Below, piece after piece: positions 11,329 through 19,925 of a stretch of DNA of 64,000 bases; positions within the stretch are counted from its first letter, which is position 1, and each line of letters opens with the position of its first letter. A program made the position numbers and the translations under genes. This DNA comes from Planctomycetota bacterium (GTDB lineage Bacteria > Planctomycetota > GCA-002687715 > DRQF01). The notes beneath the pieces were generated by a model that was not told the origin of the DNA, ran no database searches, and saw nothing but the letters and a program-made list of their open reading frames with translations. The DNA is taken from positions 9,498 to 73,497 of the forward strand of contig JAZGFI010000288.1 in assembly GCA_036479435.1 (NCBI GenBank). The letters run 5' to 3'.

Positions 11329-12513
11329 ATGTTTCGAATTCTAACGACTTCGGTCCTGATCGCGCTTACAACTCTCAGCCTCGGTGCCCAGCGTCGCGGC
11401 CCAAGCGCCGAACCATCGCGGGCAGGGAAAGGCTCCAAGATCTTCATCGTCCGTCCGAGCGCAGCTTTTGAGGGGCGCATCATCAAGCGTCTCAAGTCGA
11501 AGATCATTGTCGAGACGGCCTTGGGGCGACGCGAGATCGAGAGGGGCGCCCTGATCGAAGACAAGGATGCCGCAGCACTATTGGATCGCTATGCGAAGCG
11601 CCTTCAAAAACTCGACCGGCGCGATCTTAAGGCACGCAGGGTCTTGGCACTTTGGTGCGAACGCGTCGGATTGACTTCTGGTCTCGCCGAACAACTCGAG
11701 GCCATCTTGAAACGGGCGCCGAACGACGCCAAGGCGTGGTCAACTCTAAAGCGCTTGTCCCCGGCATTTCGACCGGCAGCGCGCAATGTAGTGCCAGCGG
11801 AGAAGAACCGCTGGTCGCGCAAGGAGGTCGATCTACTGATGGCAGGGCTTCGGCGCACGTCGCGCGTTCGCGCCGCCATCCTCTGCGAGCGCCTGCGCGG
11901 TCTTCCCGAAGAAGTCATTACCAATCCTTTGCTTAAGGCCGCGGCAAAAGGCTCTCGGAACGAGCGCCTCGTCGCCTCGCGCCTGCTCGGAAACCTCAAG
12001 ACGACACGGCGCGTCAAGCCTCTTTATCGCCGAGCGCTTGCGGACCCCGTGTGGTCGGTTCGCGAAGCAGCCGTGCAGTCGCTGAAGAGGCGTGATGATG
12101 GCAGCACTATTGGCCCGTTCTTAAAGGTGTTGTTGCAAGCGCCGCGGGCTCAGCACCGACTTTATGCGGCCGAAGCTTTGGGACAGCTGGGTGACCGGCG
12201 TGCGGTACCGGCCCTTCTTCGCGCTCTGCGCGCGGCGGGCGACAACCCCGTAGCTCGTTCCAACTTGACGTTCACCCGCCAGATCGCGTACATCAAGGAC
12301 TTTGATGTCGAAGTGGCTCAAGGGGCGGTGATTGCGGATCCCATCGTCGGCATCGTGCAAGAGGGAGTCGTTCTCGACGTGGCCCTCGTCGCGATCACGG
12401 TCCAACGGCGTACGATCGGCGCCGCCTTAGGCCGGCTCACTGGCCAAAATTTCGGCGGTGACCACCGCAAGTGGTCTGCCTGGTGGGCTAAGAACAAAGC
12501 CACCTTCGCTTGA
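11329..12513 (+). CDS. secreted HEAT-repeat protein
   Basis: Signal peptide, HEAT/PBS repeats (DPVWSVREAAVQSL, RLYAAEALGQLGDRRAVPALL) and a C-terminal LTGQNFGGD..KW..WW motif. Confidence 0.75.
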   Translation: MFRILTTSVLIALTTLSLGAQRRGPSAEPSRAGKGSKIFIVRPSAAFEGRIIKRLKSKIIVETALGRREIERGALIEDKDAAALLDRYAKRLQKLDRRDLKARRVLALWCERVGLTSGLAEQLEAILKRAPNDAKAWSTLKRLSPAFRPAARNVVPAEKNRWSRKEVDLLMAGLRRTSRVRAAILCERLRGLPEEVITNPLLKAAAKGSRNERLVASRLLGNLKTTRRVKPLYRRALADPVWSVREAAVQSLKRRDDGSTIGPFLKVLLQAPRAQHRLYAAEALGQLGDRRAVPALLRALRAAGDNPVARSNLTFTRQIAYIKDFDVEVAQGAVIADPIVGIVQEGVVLDVALVAITVQRRTIGAALGRLTGQNFGGDHRKWSAWWAKNKATFA

Positions 12514-12720
12514 GCTGCTAAACCTCTGCAAGGTAATTGCTTAGGCTAGCTCGGCCCGAATTCGTATCCCTTTTCCGCGGGCTCCCTGAAATCCCCTTTT
12601 TAAGGTGCGGTTCAGGCTAGACACGAGTCTGGCCGATGAAGACCGAGATGGTGAACCGCGCCTTTTCTGAGGTGTGGTCCAGTTATTGACCTAGGTAGAG
12701 CCGGGGCGGCAGGGACGAGG

Positions 12721-15700
12721 ATGAAGAACCAACTCATCGATAAATTCTCCAAAGTCGGGAGACTTGAAGTCCGGCTTAGGGAGATCGTCGCCCGAGCCGA
12801 CGACGGAGAAGTCACGTCGATGGATGCCGGCGACCTTATCGGTCGCCAAATCGTGGCCTTCATCGAAGCTCAGCCGGACGCCGACTCGGAACTCAAAAAC
12901 CTTCATCTCGATGCGGAGCTTGCGCGCGGTGTTCTCTACCAGCGCAGCAACGGCGCGACACCTCTTGAAGCCGCCGAGTCGCTGACCGAAGCTCATCGCC
13001 TGATGAAGATCCTCGGCAAAGACCAGGAGAACTTGGACCGCCTCATCGAGCCGACCTGGAAGAACTACGAGGACTTGGTGGAAATCGGTTCTCGGCGCAC
13101 TTCTTGGTCAAGCCTACAAGTAATCTTTGATGTTCTCGAGGATAGCGAAGCCCACCGTTCGCTTCGCCCGAAAGTGGTTGAGGCCTTTGCAACCCTGGCC
13201 GCTGAATTTGATGAGGACTGTGAAATCGGTGGCGCCATTGCGCGCGTTCTCGAAATCTCCAAATGGGGCCGTGACGAGGCGCCCGAGGCTTTGGCCAAAC
13301 TGCTGACCTTCATGCCAAGACTGCTCCAGATGGAGCTCGCCCATATTGACACCGACATTGCCTTGCAGGCCTTTCTTTACGGCTCGAAGAACGATGCGGA
13401 ACTTGAAGTTGAGACCTACGAACATCTCGTTCGCCGTCTTATCGACGATGGTCGCCGCGACACCGAGGTGCGGATGGTCTATAAGGCCTTCTTAGAGCAC
13501 CACCCCGAGCGTCACACCAAGATCGACGCGGCCCTTAGACGTCTTGCTCACGTTCATCCCGACCCCACGTTCTCGCACGATCCCGACCTCGACGGCTTGA
13601 ATCAGCTCTGTTGCGAAGTTTTTGGTGCCAACGCGATTTGGCCCTGGCGCAATCGCGCCCTCATGATGAGGCGCAAATCCGATCTTGTCGGCGCCGTGTC
13701 CTGTCTCGCCAAAGCCATGAACATCTCGGGTGAACCGCCGGATCTGATCGGCCTTTTGGCTCCGGTCTTGTATCGCATGGGGTTTCTAAGGTCGGCCAAG
13801 GAGTTCGCTCGATTCGCTCCCGCGGCGGAGCGCCAGCGTTTTCGCCTTCGCACGCTCGACTTGCTCGAGGCCGTGCCGCGAACTGACCGCGGGGCCGAGA
13901 AACTCGTTGGTGTCTTGGAAATGGCCTTGGCCGAACCCGAACTGCCCCCGGAGTTTCGCCCCGGGCTAAGCCGCCGGATTGCAGAGCTCCAACTTGAACT
14001 CGGCAACACAGACCGCGCGCTGGCGCTCTTCACGCAGATTCTAGACGACGACCCCAGCGACGAAGTCGCCGCAGTCCGGCTCGCAGAAATTGAAGCCAGT
14101 CGAGGACGCACGGGAAAGGCCCGAACCCTGATCTCGGGCGATCTTTCGGCTCGCGTCACTCCCTGGGTCAAGTTCATCGAGAGCTTGATGGCAGAATTCG
14201 AAGAAGACCTAAGCCTCGCTCACCAGCGAGTCTGTGAGGCCATTGCGAGCCTCCCTGAAGCTCACGATGCGGGCCGTCTTCACTGCCAAAAAGCCTTTGC
14301 CATCCTCGACAAGCGCATTCGCGACGATCACGGTGAGGCGGTCGCAAACGGTCCTTTGCTCTCGATGTTGCAAACGGATGTATTCGGCGCGGTTCACGAA
14401 GACTTGGCGAGCTTGACGCCTCGGCTCGAGCAACGCCGCCTGGAACTAAGCCTTCGCGCTGGAGACTTATCACAGGCCGAAGAGGCCATCACGGCGATCT
14501 CGAGTCGCAATCCCGATCACGCCGATGTGTTGATCAACGGCTTGCGTTTGGGGCTTCGAGCCGAGAGCCAAAAGGACTCGACCTTCTTTCTTGATCAGCT
14601 CACCGCCTTGGAGCTTGAACAGACCGCCGAAGTGGCCTTTCTTTTTGGTCTCCATTCAGCTCGTTGGGGCGAACCAGAATCCGCCCTTGAGCACTTCGAG
14701 CGTGCCGTTGAACTGGAGCACGGCGCCCCCGCGATCTTGGCACTGGCCACGATGAAAGCGGAAACCGGAGACGAGGCAGGGGCGCTCGAGTTGATAGAGG
14801 CCCCAAGGGATGATCAGCACGAGGGCAGTGAGACCCAGCTGCGGCGTTTGGCCCAGATTCGAGGTATTCTCCTCGAGCGCTCGGGCCGCATGACCGAAGC
14901 TCGCGTCGCTTACCAAGGCGCGTCTCGCTTGGGACAAGGTTGGCACGAAGCGCGTCGTCGGGCTGGATTGCTGAGTTTACAAGAGGGCCTCGCGAAATCA
15001 GACGCGGTCTTAGTTCGGGACGCTGTTTCCTGCCTTGAGGGCTTTCGAGATCCCGAGTCCGTCATTGCCGAAACGCGGGCGCGAGCGGCGCTCGCTAAGA
15101 CTCCTCGCGAGGCCGCGAGTTTGTTCGAGACCGCGATTAAGCGCGTGGATGCCCGGCATCGACTACTTTTCGAACGCCTGCGCTTACCTCACCTGCTCGA
15201 AGCAGGAGAGTTTGACACCGCTGAACAGATTGCATCCGATCTCCTCGACGACGTGGAGATGGAAGCATCAATACGCCAGGGTATTTCGGGCGTTCTGGCC
15301 TGGCTGCAACGGCGTCGCATTGTCGACTCCCTGACTTTTATCGATCCGGCTAAGACGGATGACATTGAAAAAGTCGCCGATGAACTCAGCGAAACCTCTC
15401 AGTATGCGGAGGTCATTGGCCTGGACGCCGCCGTTGCGACTCTCCGGCTACTTGTCGACCCCAAGGCCAAAAAGCCCAAGATAGATGGAGCCAGCGCTCC
15501 AGAACTCGTCTTGGCGGCAGCGTTCGCGGTCGGTCTCAGCGACTTGCCATCCCAAAGCTACGATGAACTCGACAAGTTGCGGGACGACTTAGAACGTCCG
15601 GACCTTGCCGAACTCAGTCGTTATCGACTCGCCGTTGAAGGAGCTGAGTCCGAAGAGCTCGCGGTCGATCGCGCGGCAAAATCTGCCATGCGCTTGGGTG

Positions 15701-17697
15701 CCCAACTTCCATACTCGGAGAGTTCGATCAAGCGCCTCGCTGGGATTCGCGCCGTAGCCAGCGGCGATCGCGCAACTCTCGAAGAAGTGCTCGCCTCCGG
15801 AGTTGAAGGGCTCGACGATCTCATGATCTGTCTGGAGCTCTCTGAGCTTTGTGCCCGCGATGGCGGAGTCGACACCACTCGGCTAACCCGTGGCTTGGCG
15901 CGGCTCAGTAAGTCCACCGGCAATAAGGCCTTTAGTGACGCGCTGCAACGCGTTCAGAAACAACTTGCGACCATTCGAGAAACACCGTCGCCAGCCTGGG
16001 CTTCCTCGCGGCTACGCACCGCCGGTAAGCGCGCTCGCGTGTTTTTGCCCGCAGTTCTGAAATTCTGGGAATCCCAAGCTGATCATGCGGACGCGAGGCC
16101 TGAAGTCTTCCACCAGGTGGCTTTACTTCGGATCTCCGCGGCCCACGAAGCGGAAGCTGCCGGCTGCGAAGACGAGTCGGTTTGGTTCGAAGCCCACGAT
16201 GCCTGGCGTTGTTTGATCGAATGCAAACCCTACTGGAAGGAACTGAAACAGCGACTGGGAGCACCGGCCGTTGAGGCCACCCGCGACAAGCTAGCGAAAT
16301 GGCTCGTCTTCGCGCATCTCAAGCGAGCGCAGTTCTACCTCGACGCCAAGAAGTTGGCTCACGCCATGCGACATGCGAAATACGCGACGAGTTCGCCTCT
16401 CGCTGACATGGCGGGTCGGCCGGAACTCAATGAGCGCGTCTTCTCCCTGTTTGCTAGCGACTTCGAGCGACTTTTGCAACGCAAGCATTTCTCCGAAGCG
16501 CTAGAGTGCCTCGATCACGTCTTGCTCGCAGATGAAAAGAACACTCACGCCGAACGCGAGATGATACGGGTTGCGGCCGAGGGGCTGCGCCAGCCCTTTG
16601 GCATGCTGGATGCCCTCCGGAATGAACCCGACGAGTTCACCTTGTCAGAGCTTGCACAGTTCATGCGTTCGCTCTTGGCCTACGCCGATCGCGGAGTCGA
16701 TCGAACTGAACGACGCGAAAGCATCGATTCTCTGCTCGCTGAGGACCTTGCGATCTGTCTGCGGGGACAGGCCTTTCTGTTGTTTCACGACCAAAAGGAC
16801 GCCGAAGGCGCAGCGAAGCTGGTCGATCGAGCGCTCGAGATTCTTCCCAAGTCGTCGCGAAGTGAAAAACCCTTGCGTGATCATCGGGCAAAACTAAGCG
16901 TCGCCATGGCGAGCGACGTGATGGCAAGTGCCTCGAACACTCAAAGTGGCCTCGAGGCCTACGGCAGAGCCCTGTCGGACATTGATTCAGTGCTGTCGGA
17001 AAGCGCCGGCAACCGGGACCTCATGCGCGAGAAAGCCCGGCTACTCTTGGCAAAGGGACTGCCGGATGAGGCTGAGGATTTGGCGCGCGAGCTTTACGAA
17101 AACGCGCAGGAGTCCAAAGACGCGGATCGAGTTCGCGAGGCGATTGAGTTGGTACACGAAGTCCAGCAGGGCCGCGACGCCTCCCAGCTTCACGGCAAAC
17201 TCGGCGCGGTGGAAATGCTCATTTCCGAGCGCAACTGGCGCACGGCGCTCCAGGTTTTCAAGGAGGCAGCGGTCGGTCACGAAAGCGACGGGCCCTTTGT
17301 CGTCAAACACATTCAGATCCTGCTCGGCCTCCACAAAGTGCGGAAAGTCGAGGAGGCGCTACCGGCTCTCGATGGATTTGTCGAACTGAAAGACGATGCG
17401 CGTCTGCTGACCGCTCAGCTTCAGTGTCTCAAGTACATGTCTTCGGTGGGTGGCGACATCTACTCGGCTTTCGAACTCTACGAGCGCCAGGACTACAAAA
17501 AAGCCATGAACCTGATGCTCGGCCTGGCGGCTGCGGACACGCAGGATCTTGGCGCTCAGTTCCTGACTGCGGTGTGCCAATATCACCTGAACGGCGAAGC
17601 CGAGAGCGAAGAAGTCTTTCGACGCGCTGACCAACAGGCGCGCGTGGTGGAGGCCTTTTGGGTCTGTGAGTTGCTCAAGGTGGAGAAGAGTCGATGA
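12721..17697 (+). CDS. giant TPR-repeat protein (1658 aa)
   Basis: Uninterrupted 4977-bp ORF, nearly all helical, with TPR-like units (IAELQLELGNTDRALALFTQILDDDPSDEVAAVRLAEIE). No signal peptide and no catalytic motif recognised. Confidence 0.75.
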   Translation: MKNQLIDKFSKVGRLEVRLREIVARADDGEVTSMDAGDLIGRQIVAFIEAQPDADSELKNLHLDAELARGVLYQRSNGATPLEAAESLTEAHRLMKILGKDQENLDRLIEPTWKNYEDLVEIGSRRTSWSSLQVIFDVLEDSEAHRSLRPKVVEAFATLAAEFDEDCEIGGAIARVLEISKWGRDEAPEALAKLLTFMPRLLQMELAHIDTDIALQAFLYGSKNDAELEVETYEHLVRRLIDDGRRDTEVRMVYKAFLEHHPERHTKIDAALRRLAHVHPDPTFSHDPDLDGLNQLCCEVFGANAIWPWRNRALMMRRKSDLVGAVSCLAKAMNISGEPPDLIGLLAPVLYRMGFLRSAKEFARFAPAAERQRFRLRTLDLLEAVPRTDRGAEKLVGVLEMALAEPELPPEFRPGLSRRIAELQLELGNTDRALALFTQILDDDPSDEVAAVRLAEIEASRGRTGKARTLISGDLSARVTPWVKFIESLMAEFEEDLSLAHQRVCEAIASLPEAHDAGRLHCQKAFAILDKRIRDDHGEAVANGPLLSMLQTDVFGAVHEDLASLTPRLEQRRLELSLRAGDLSQAEEAITAISSRNPDHADVLINGLRLGLRAESQKDSTFFLDQLTALELEQTAEVAFLFGLHSARWGEPESALEHFERAVELEHGAPAILALATMKAETGDEAGALELIEAPRDDQHEGSETQLRRLAQIRGILLERSGRMTEARVAYQGASRLGQGWHEARRRAGLLSLQEGLAKSDAVLVRDAVSCLEGFRDPESVIAETRARAALAKTPREAASLFETAIKRVDARHRLLFERLRLPHLLEAGEFDTAEQIASDLLDDVEMEASIRQGISGVLAWLQRRRIVDSLTFIDPAKTDDIEKVADELSETSQYAEVIGLDAAVATLRLLVDPKAKKPKIDGASAPELVLAAAFAVGLSDLPSQSYDELDKLRDDLERPDLAELSRYRLAVEGAESEELAVDRAAKSAMRLGAQLPYSESSIKRLAGIRAVASGDRATLEEVLASGVEGLDDLMICLELSELCARDGGVDTTRLTRGLARLSKSTGNKAFSDALQRVQKQLATIRETPSPAWASSRLRTAGKRARVFLPAVLKFWESQADHADARPEVFHQVALLRISAAHEAEAAGCEDESVWFEAHDAWRCLIECKPYWKELKQRLGAPAVEATRDKLAKWLVFAHLKRAQFYLDAKKLAHAMRHAKYATSSPLADMAGRPELNERVFSLFASDFERLLQRKHFSEALECLDHVLLADEKNTHAEREMIRVAAEGLRQPFGMLDALRNEPDEFTLSELAQFMRSLLAYADRGVDRTERRESIDSLLAEDLAICLRGQAFLLFHDQKDAEGAAKLVDRALEILPKSSRSEKPLRDHRAKLSVAMASDVMASASNTQSGLEAYGRALSDIDSVLSESAGNRDLMREKARLLLAKGLPDEAEDLARELYENAQESKDADRVREAIELVHEVQQGRDASQLHGKLGAVEMLISERNWRTALQVFKEAAVGHESDGPFVVKHIQILLGLHKVRKVEEALPALDGFVELKDDARLLTAQLQCLKYMSSVGGDIYSAFELYERQDYKKAMNLMLGLAAADTQDLGAQFLTAVCQYHLNGEAESEEVFRRADQQARVVEAFWVCELLKVEKSR

Positions 17698-18194
17698 TTG
17701 ACCCCAGTTCCGACGCGAAGCAGCTGCCTTTTTCCATCGACGGAATTCTGAACCCAGCGGCGAGATCTGCTTTGGCGATCTTGAGTACAGAGGCGGCGGA
17801 AGTCGACCACCGCGGTGCGGGGGCGGTGTTGGCCGATGCCCTTGAGCTGCACGATCGCGACGCGGAGCTGACGACCGTCTACGGCCGGCGAGTGGCCCGC
17901 GAAGAACTGAAGGACGCCGCCGCGGCGCTAGAAGATCCAGAACGACGCGTTCTCGCGGAACTCTTGGATTTTCCGAGCTACGACATTGAGTTGGATGACC
18001 TCAGCGATTTGGCGCAAGCTCTCGATGATCACGCCCAAAGCTTCACGACGACACCGGAACTTGAGAACTTGGATCTCATGGCTCGGCTCTTGGATGCTGT
18101 CGTGGGCGAGCCCGAGCTCCCCCAAGCACCCCCGCTCGATGTCGCGCCACCGGCACTGCCGGTTCTTAAAGACATCATAGACGGTCTCGCCTAG
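17694..18194 (+). CDS. hypothetical protein with a degenerate J-domain-like N-terminus
   Basis: ATGA overlap with the giant TPR gene. Contains ELKDAAAALEDPERRVLAELLDFP and an acidic, Pro-rich tail. Confidence 0.65.
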   Translation: MIDPSSDAKQLPFSIDGILNPAARSALAILSTEAAEVDHRGAGAVLADALELHDRDAELTTVYGRRVAREELKDAAAALEDPERRVLAELLDFPSYDIELDDLSDLAQALDDHAQSFTTTPELENLDLMARLLDAVVGEPELPQAPPLDVAPPALPVLKDIIDGLA

Positions 18195-18207
18195 CCGAAG
18201 CTAGGAT

Positions 18208-18250
18208 CCGGCCCATTCGTCCACGCCAGGGCGGGTCGAGAATGGGCCGG
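18208..18250. terminator. stem-loop between convergent genes, possible terminator
   Basis: 11-bp arms ccggcccattc (18208-18218) and gaatgggccgg (18240-18250). No strong U-tract. Confidence 0.45.
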
Positions 18251-18265
18251 GCATGGAGCTCTTTG

Positions 18266-18700
18266 CTACTTTCTGAGCGCGTCGCGAATTTCCACCAAGA
18301 GTTCTTGGTCTTTGGTGGGCTTCGGCGCTTCGGCTGGTTTTTCCTCTTCCTTTTTCTTCATCGAGTTCATGACCTTGACCATCATGAAGATGGCGAAGGC
18401 GACGATGAGGAAGGTAATGACCTCATTGATGAACATACCGTAGTTGAGGTCGACGGCGTCGATCTTCTTCACGGCTTCGATACCGTCGGCAGGTTCAACT
18501 CCGGCCACGCCCTCTTTGAGGGTCATCTTCATCTGCGTGAAGTCGATGTCGCCGATCAGTAGACCAATGGGGGGCATGATCACGTCTTTGACTAGCGAGG
18601 CGACGATCTTCCCGAAGGCGCCGCCGATGATGATGCCGACGGCCATGTCGACGACGTTGCCTTTAAGGGCGAAGGCCTTGAATTCTTGTAGCATTCCCAT
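18266..18700 (-). CDS. mscL: large-conductance mechanosensitive channel
   Basis: [28 protein letters not shown]...LLVEIRDAL. Confidence 0.97.
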   Translation of the reverse strand: MGMLQEFKAFALKGNVVDMAVGIIIGGAFGKIVASLVKDVIMPPIGLLIGDIDFTQMKMTLKEGVAGVEPADGIEAVKKIDAVDLNYGMFINEVITFLIVAFAIFMMVKVMNSMKKKEEEKPAEAPKPTKDQELLVEIRDALRK

Positions 18701-18907
18701 GGGTGGTCTCTTCCGTTGTTTGGATTGGCAAAGGTGTCAAAGAGCGTCTGCCCTCAGTCCGGCAAAATACCAGCGGCTCTGATCGGCGGCAAGCAGCCGC
18801 TCTCAATTGGGGGCCCAAATTCGCCATTGCGAAGTCGAATTGCCGGGCAGGAATCTTTTTCCGGCTTGGAAATCTAACCGCAAGACTCCAATTCGACGGA
18901 AACTTGG

Positions 18908-19921
18908 CTATTCAGCCGTCCAGGTGTCGCCGCCATAAATCAGGTCTTTGAGTTTCCCCGGTCCGCTCTTTTTAGTCGCGACGGCGATCTGACCGTGAAC
19001 CCCAGCCTCCAAAGACCGGGTGGGAACGTTGCGGAAGACACCGATGGGCGTGGGGATCTCGGGACTTGCCATCGCCGTCATGGCGAAGGTCAAAGAGGGA
19101 TTGGTTTCGTCCCAAACCTGAACGCCGTTTTCGCCAACGTCGGCCAACTTGACCACGGCCGGTACGCCCTGGTTGATGACGATGCCGCGGTCGCGTTCTT
19201 TGCCGAAGATCATCTTTTCGCCGTGCTGAAGATCGATCAGGCGGTCTTCGCGCACATCGCGCGCGACGTCGCGCTCGAAGGCGCGATTGTTGAAGATATT
19301 GCAGTTTTGAAAAATCTCAACGAAGGCACCGCCCTCGTGAGCCGCGGCTTTGGCGAGGGTGTCTTGAAGATGCGGGCCCATGATGTCGACCGAGCGCGCG
19401 ATGAAAGTAGCGCCTGCGCCAAGCACGAGTTGAATGGGATCGAAGGGAGTGTCCAAAGATCCCATGGGTGTCGATTTCGTGACTTTGCCCACTTCACTCG
19501 TCGGTGAGTACTGCCCCTTAGTCAATCCATAAATCCGGTTGTTGAACATCATGATCTTGATGCCGATGCGTCGCCGGAGCGCGTGGATCAAGTGGTTGCC
19601 GCCGATCGACATGGCGTCGCCATCGCCGGTCACCACCCAAACGTCTAGATCTGGGTTCGCGAGCTTCGTACCCGTGGCAATGGCCGGGGCGCGCCCGTGG
19701 ATGGTGTGGAAGCCGTAGGTGTTCATGTAGTAGGGGAAACGGCTCGAACAACCGATGCCCGAAATGAAGACGATGTCCTCGCGTTTTTTTCCGAGGGCGG
19801 CGACGACCGACTGCACCGCATTCAAGACTGCGTAGTCGCCGCAACCCGGGCACCAGCGCACGTCTTGGTCGGTTTTGAAGTCTTTCTTCGTCAGGCTGGA
19901 CTCGCTGAGGCTGGTATTCAT
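18908..19921 (-). CDS. korB: 2-oxoacid:ferredoxin oxidoreductase beta subunit
   Basis: WCPGCGD, SGIGCSSR, TPP-binding GDGD...NN and YGLTKGQYSPT. Confidence 0.93.
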   Translation of the reverse strand: MNTSLSESSLTKKDFKTDQDVRWCPGCGDYAVLNAVQSVVAALGKKREDIVFISGIGCSSRFPYYMNTYGFHTIHGRAPAIATGTKLANPDLDVWVVTGDGDAMSIGGNHLIHALRRRIGIKIMMFNNRIYGLTKGQYSPTSEVGKVTKSTPMGSLDTPFDPIQLVLGAGATFIARSVDIMGPHLQDTLAKAAAHEGGAFVEIFQNCNIFNNRAFERDVARDVREDRLIDLQHGEKMIFGKERDRGIVINQGVPAVVKLADVGENGVQVWDETNPSLTFAMTAMASPEIPTPIGVFRNVPTRSLEAGVHGQIAVATKKSGPGKLKDLIYGGDTWTAE

Positions 19922-19925
19922 CGTG

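Noticed and set aside
12602..12664. Resemblance to a type III hammerhead ribozyme (ccGAUGA...GAAc)
   Set aside because: The core deviates from CUGAnGA/GAAA and the stems do not fit the required register. Kept only as a generic structured leader.
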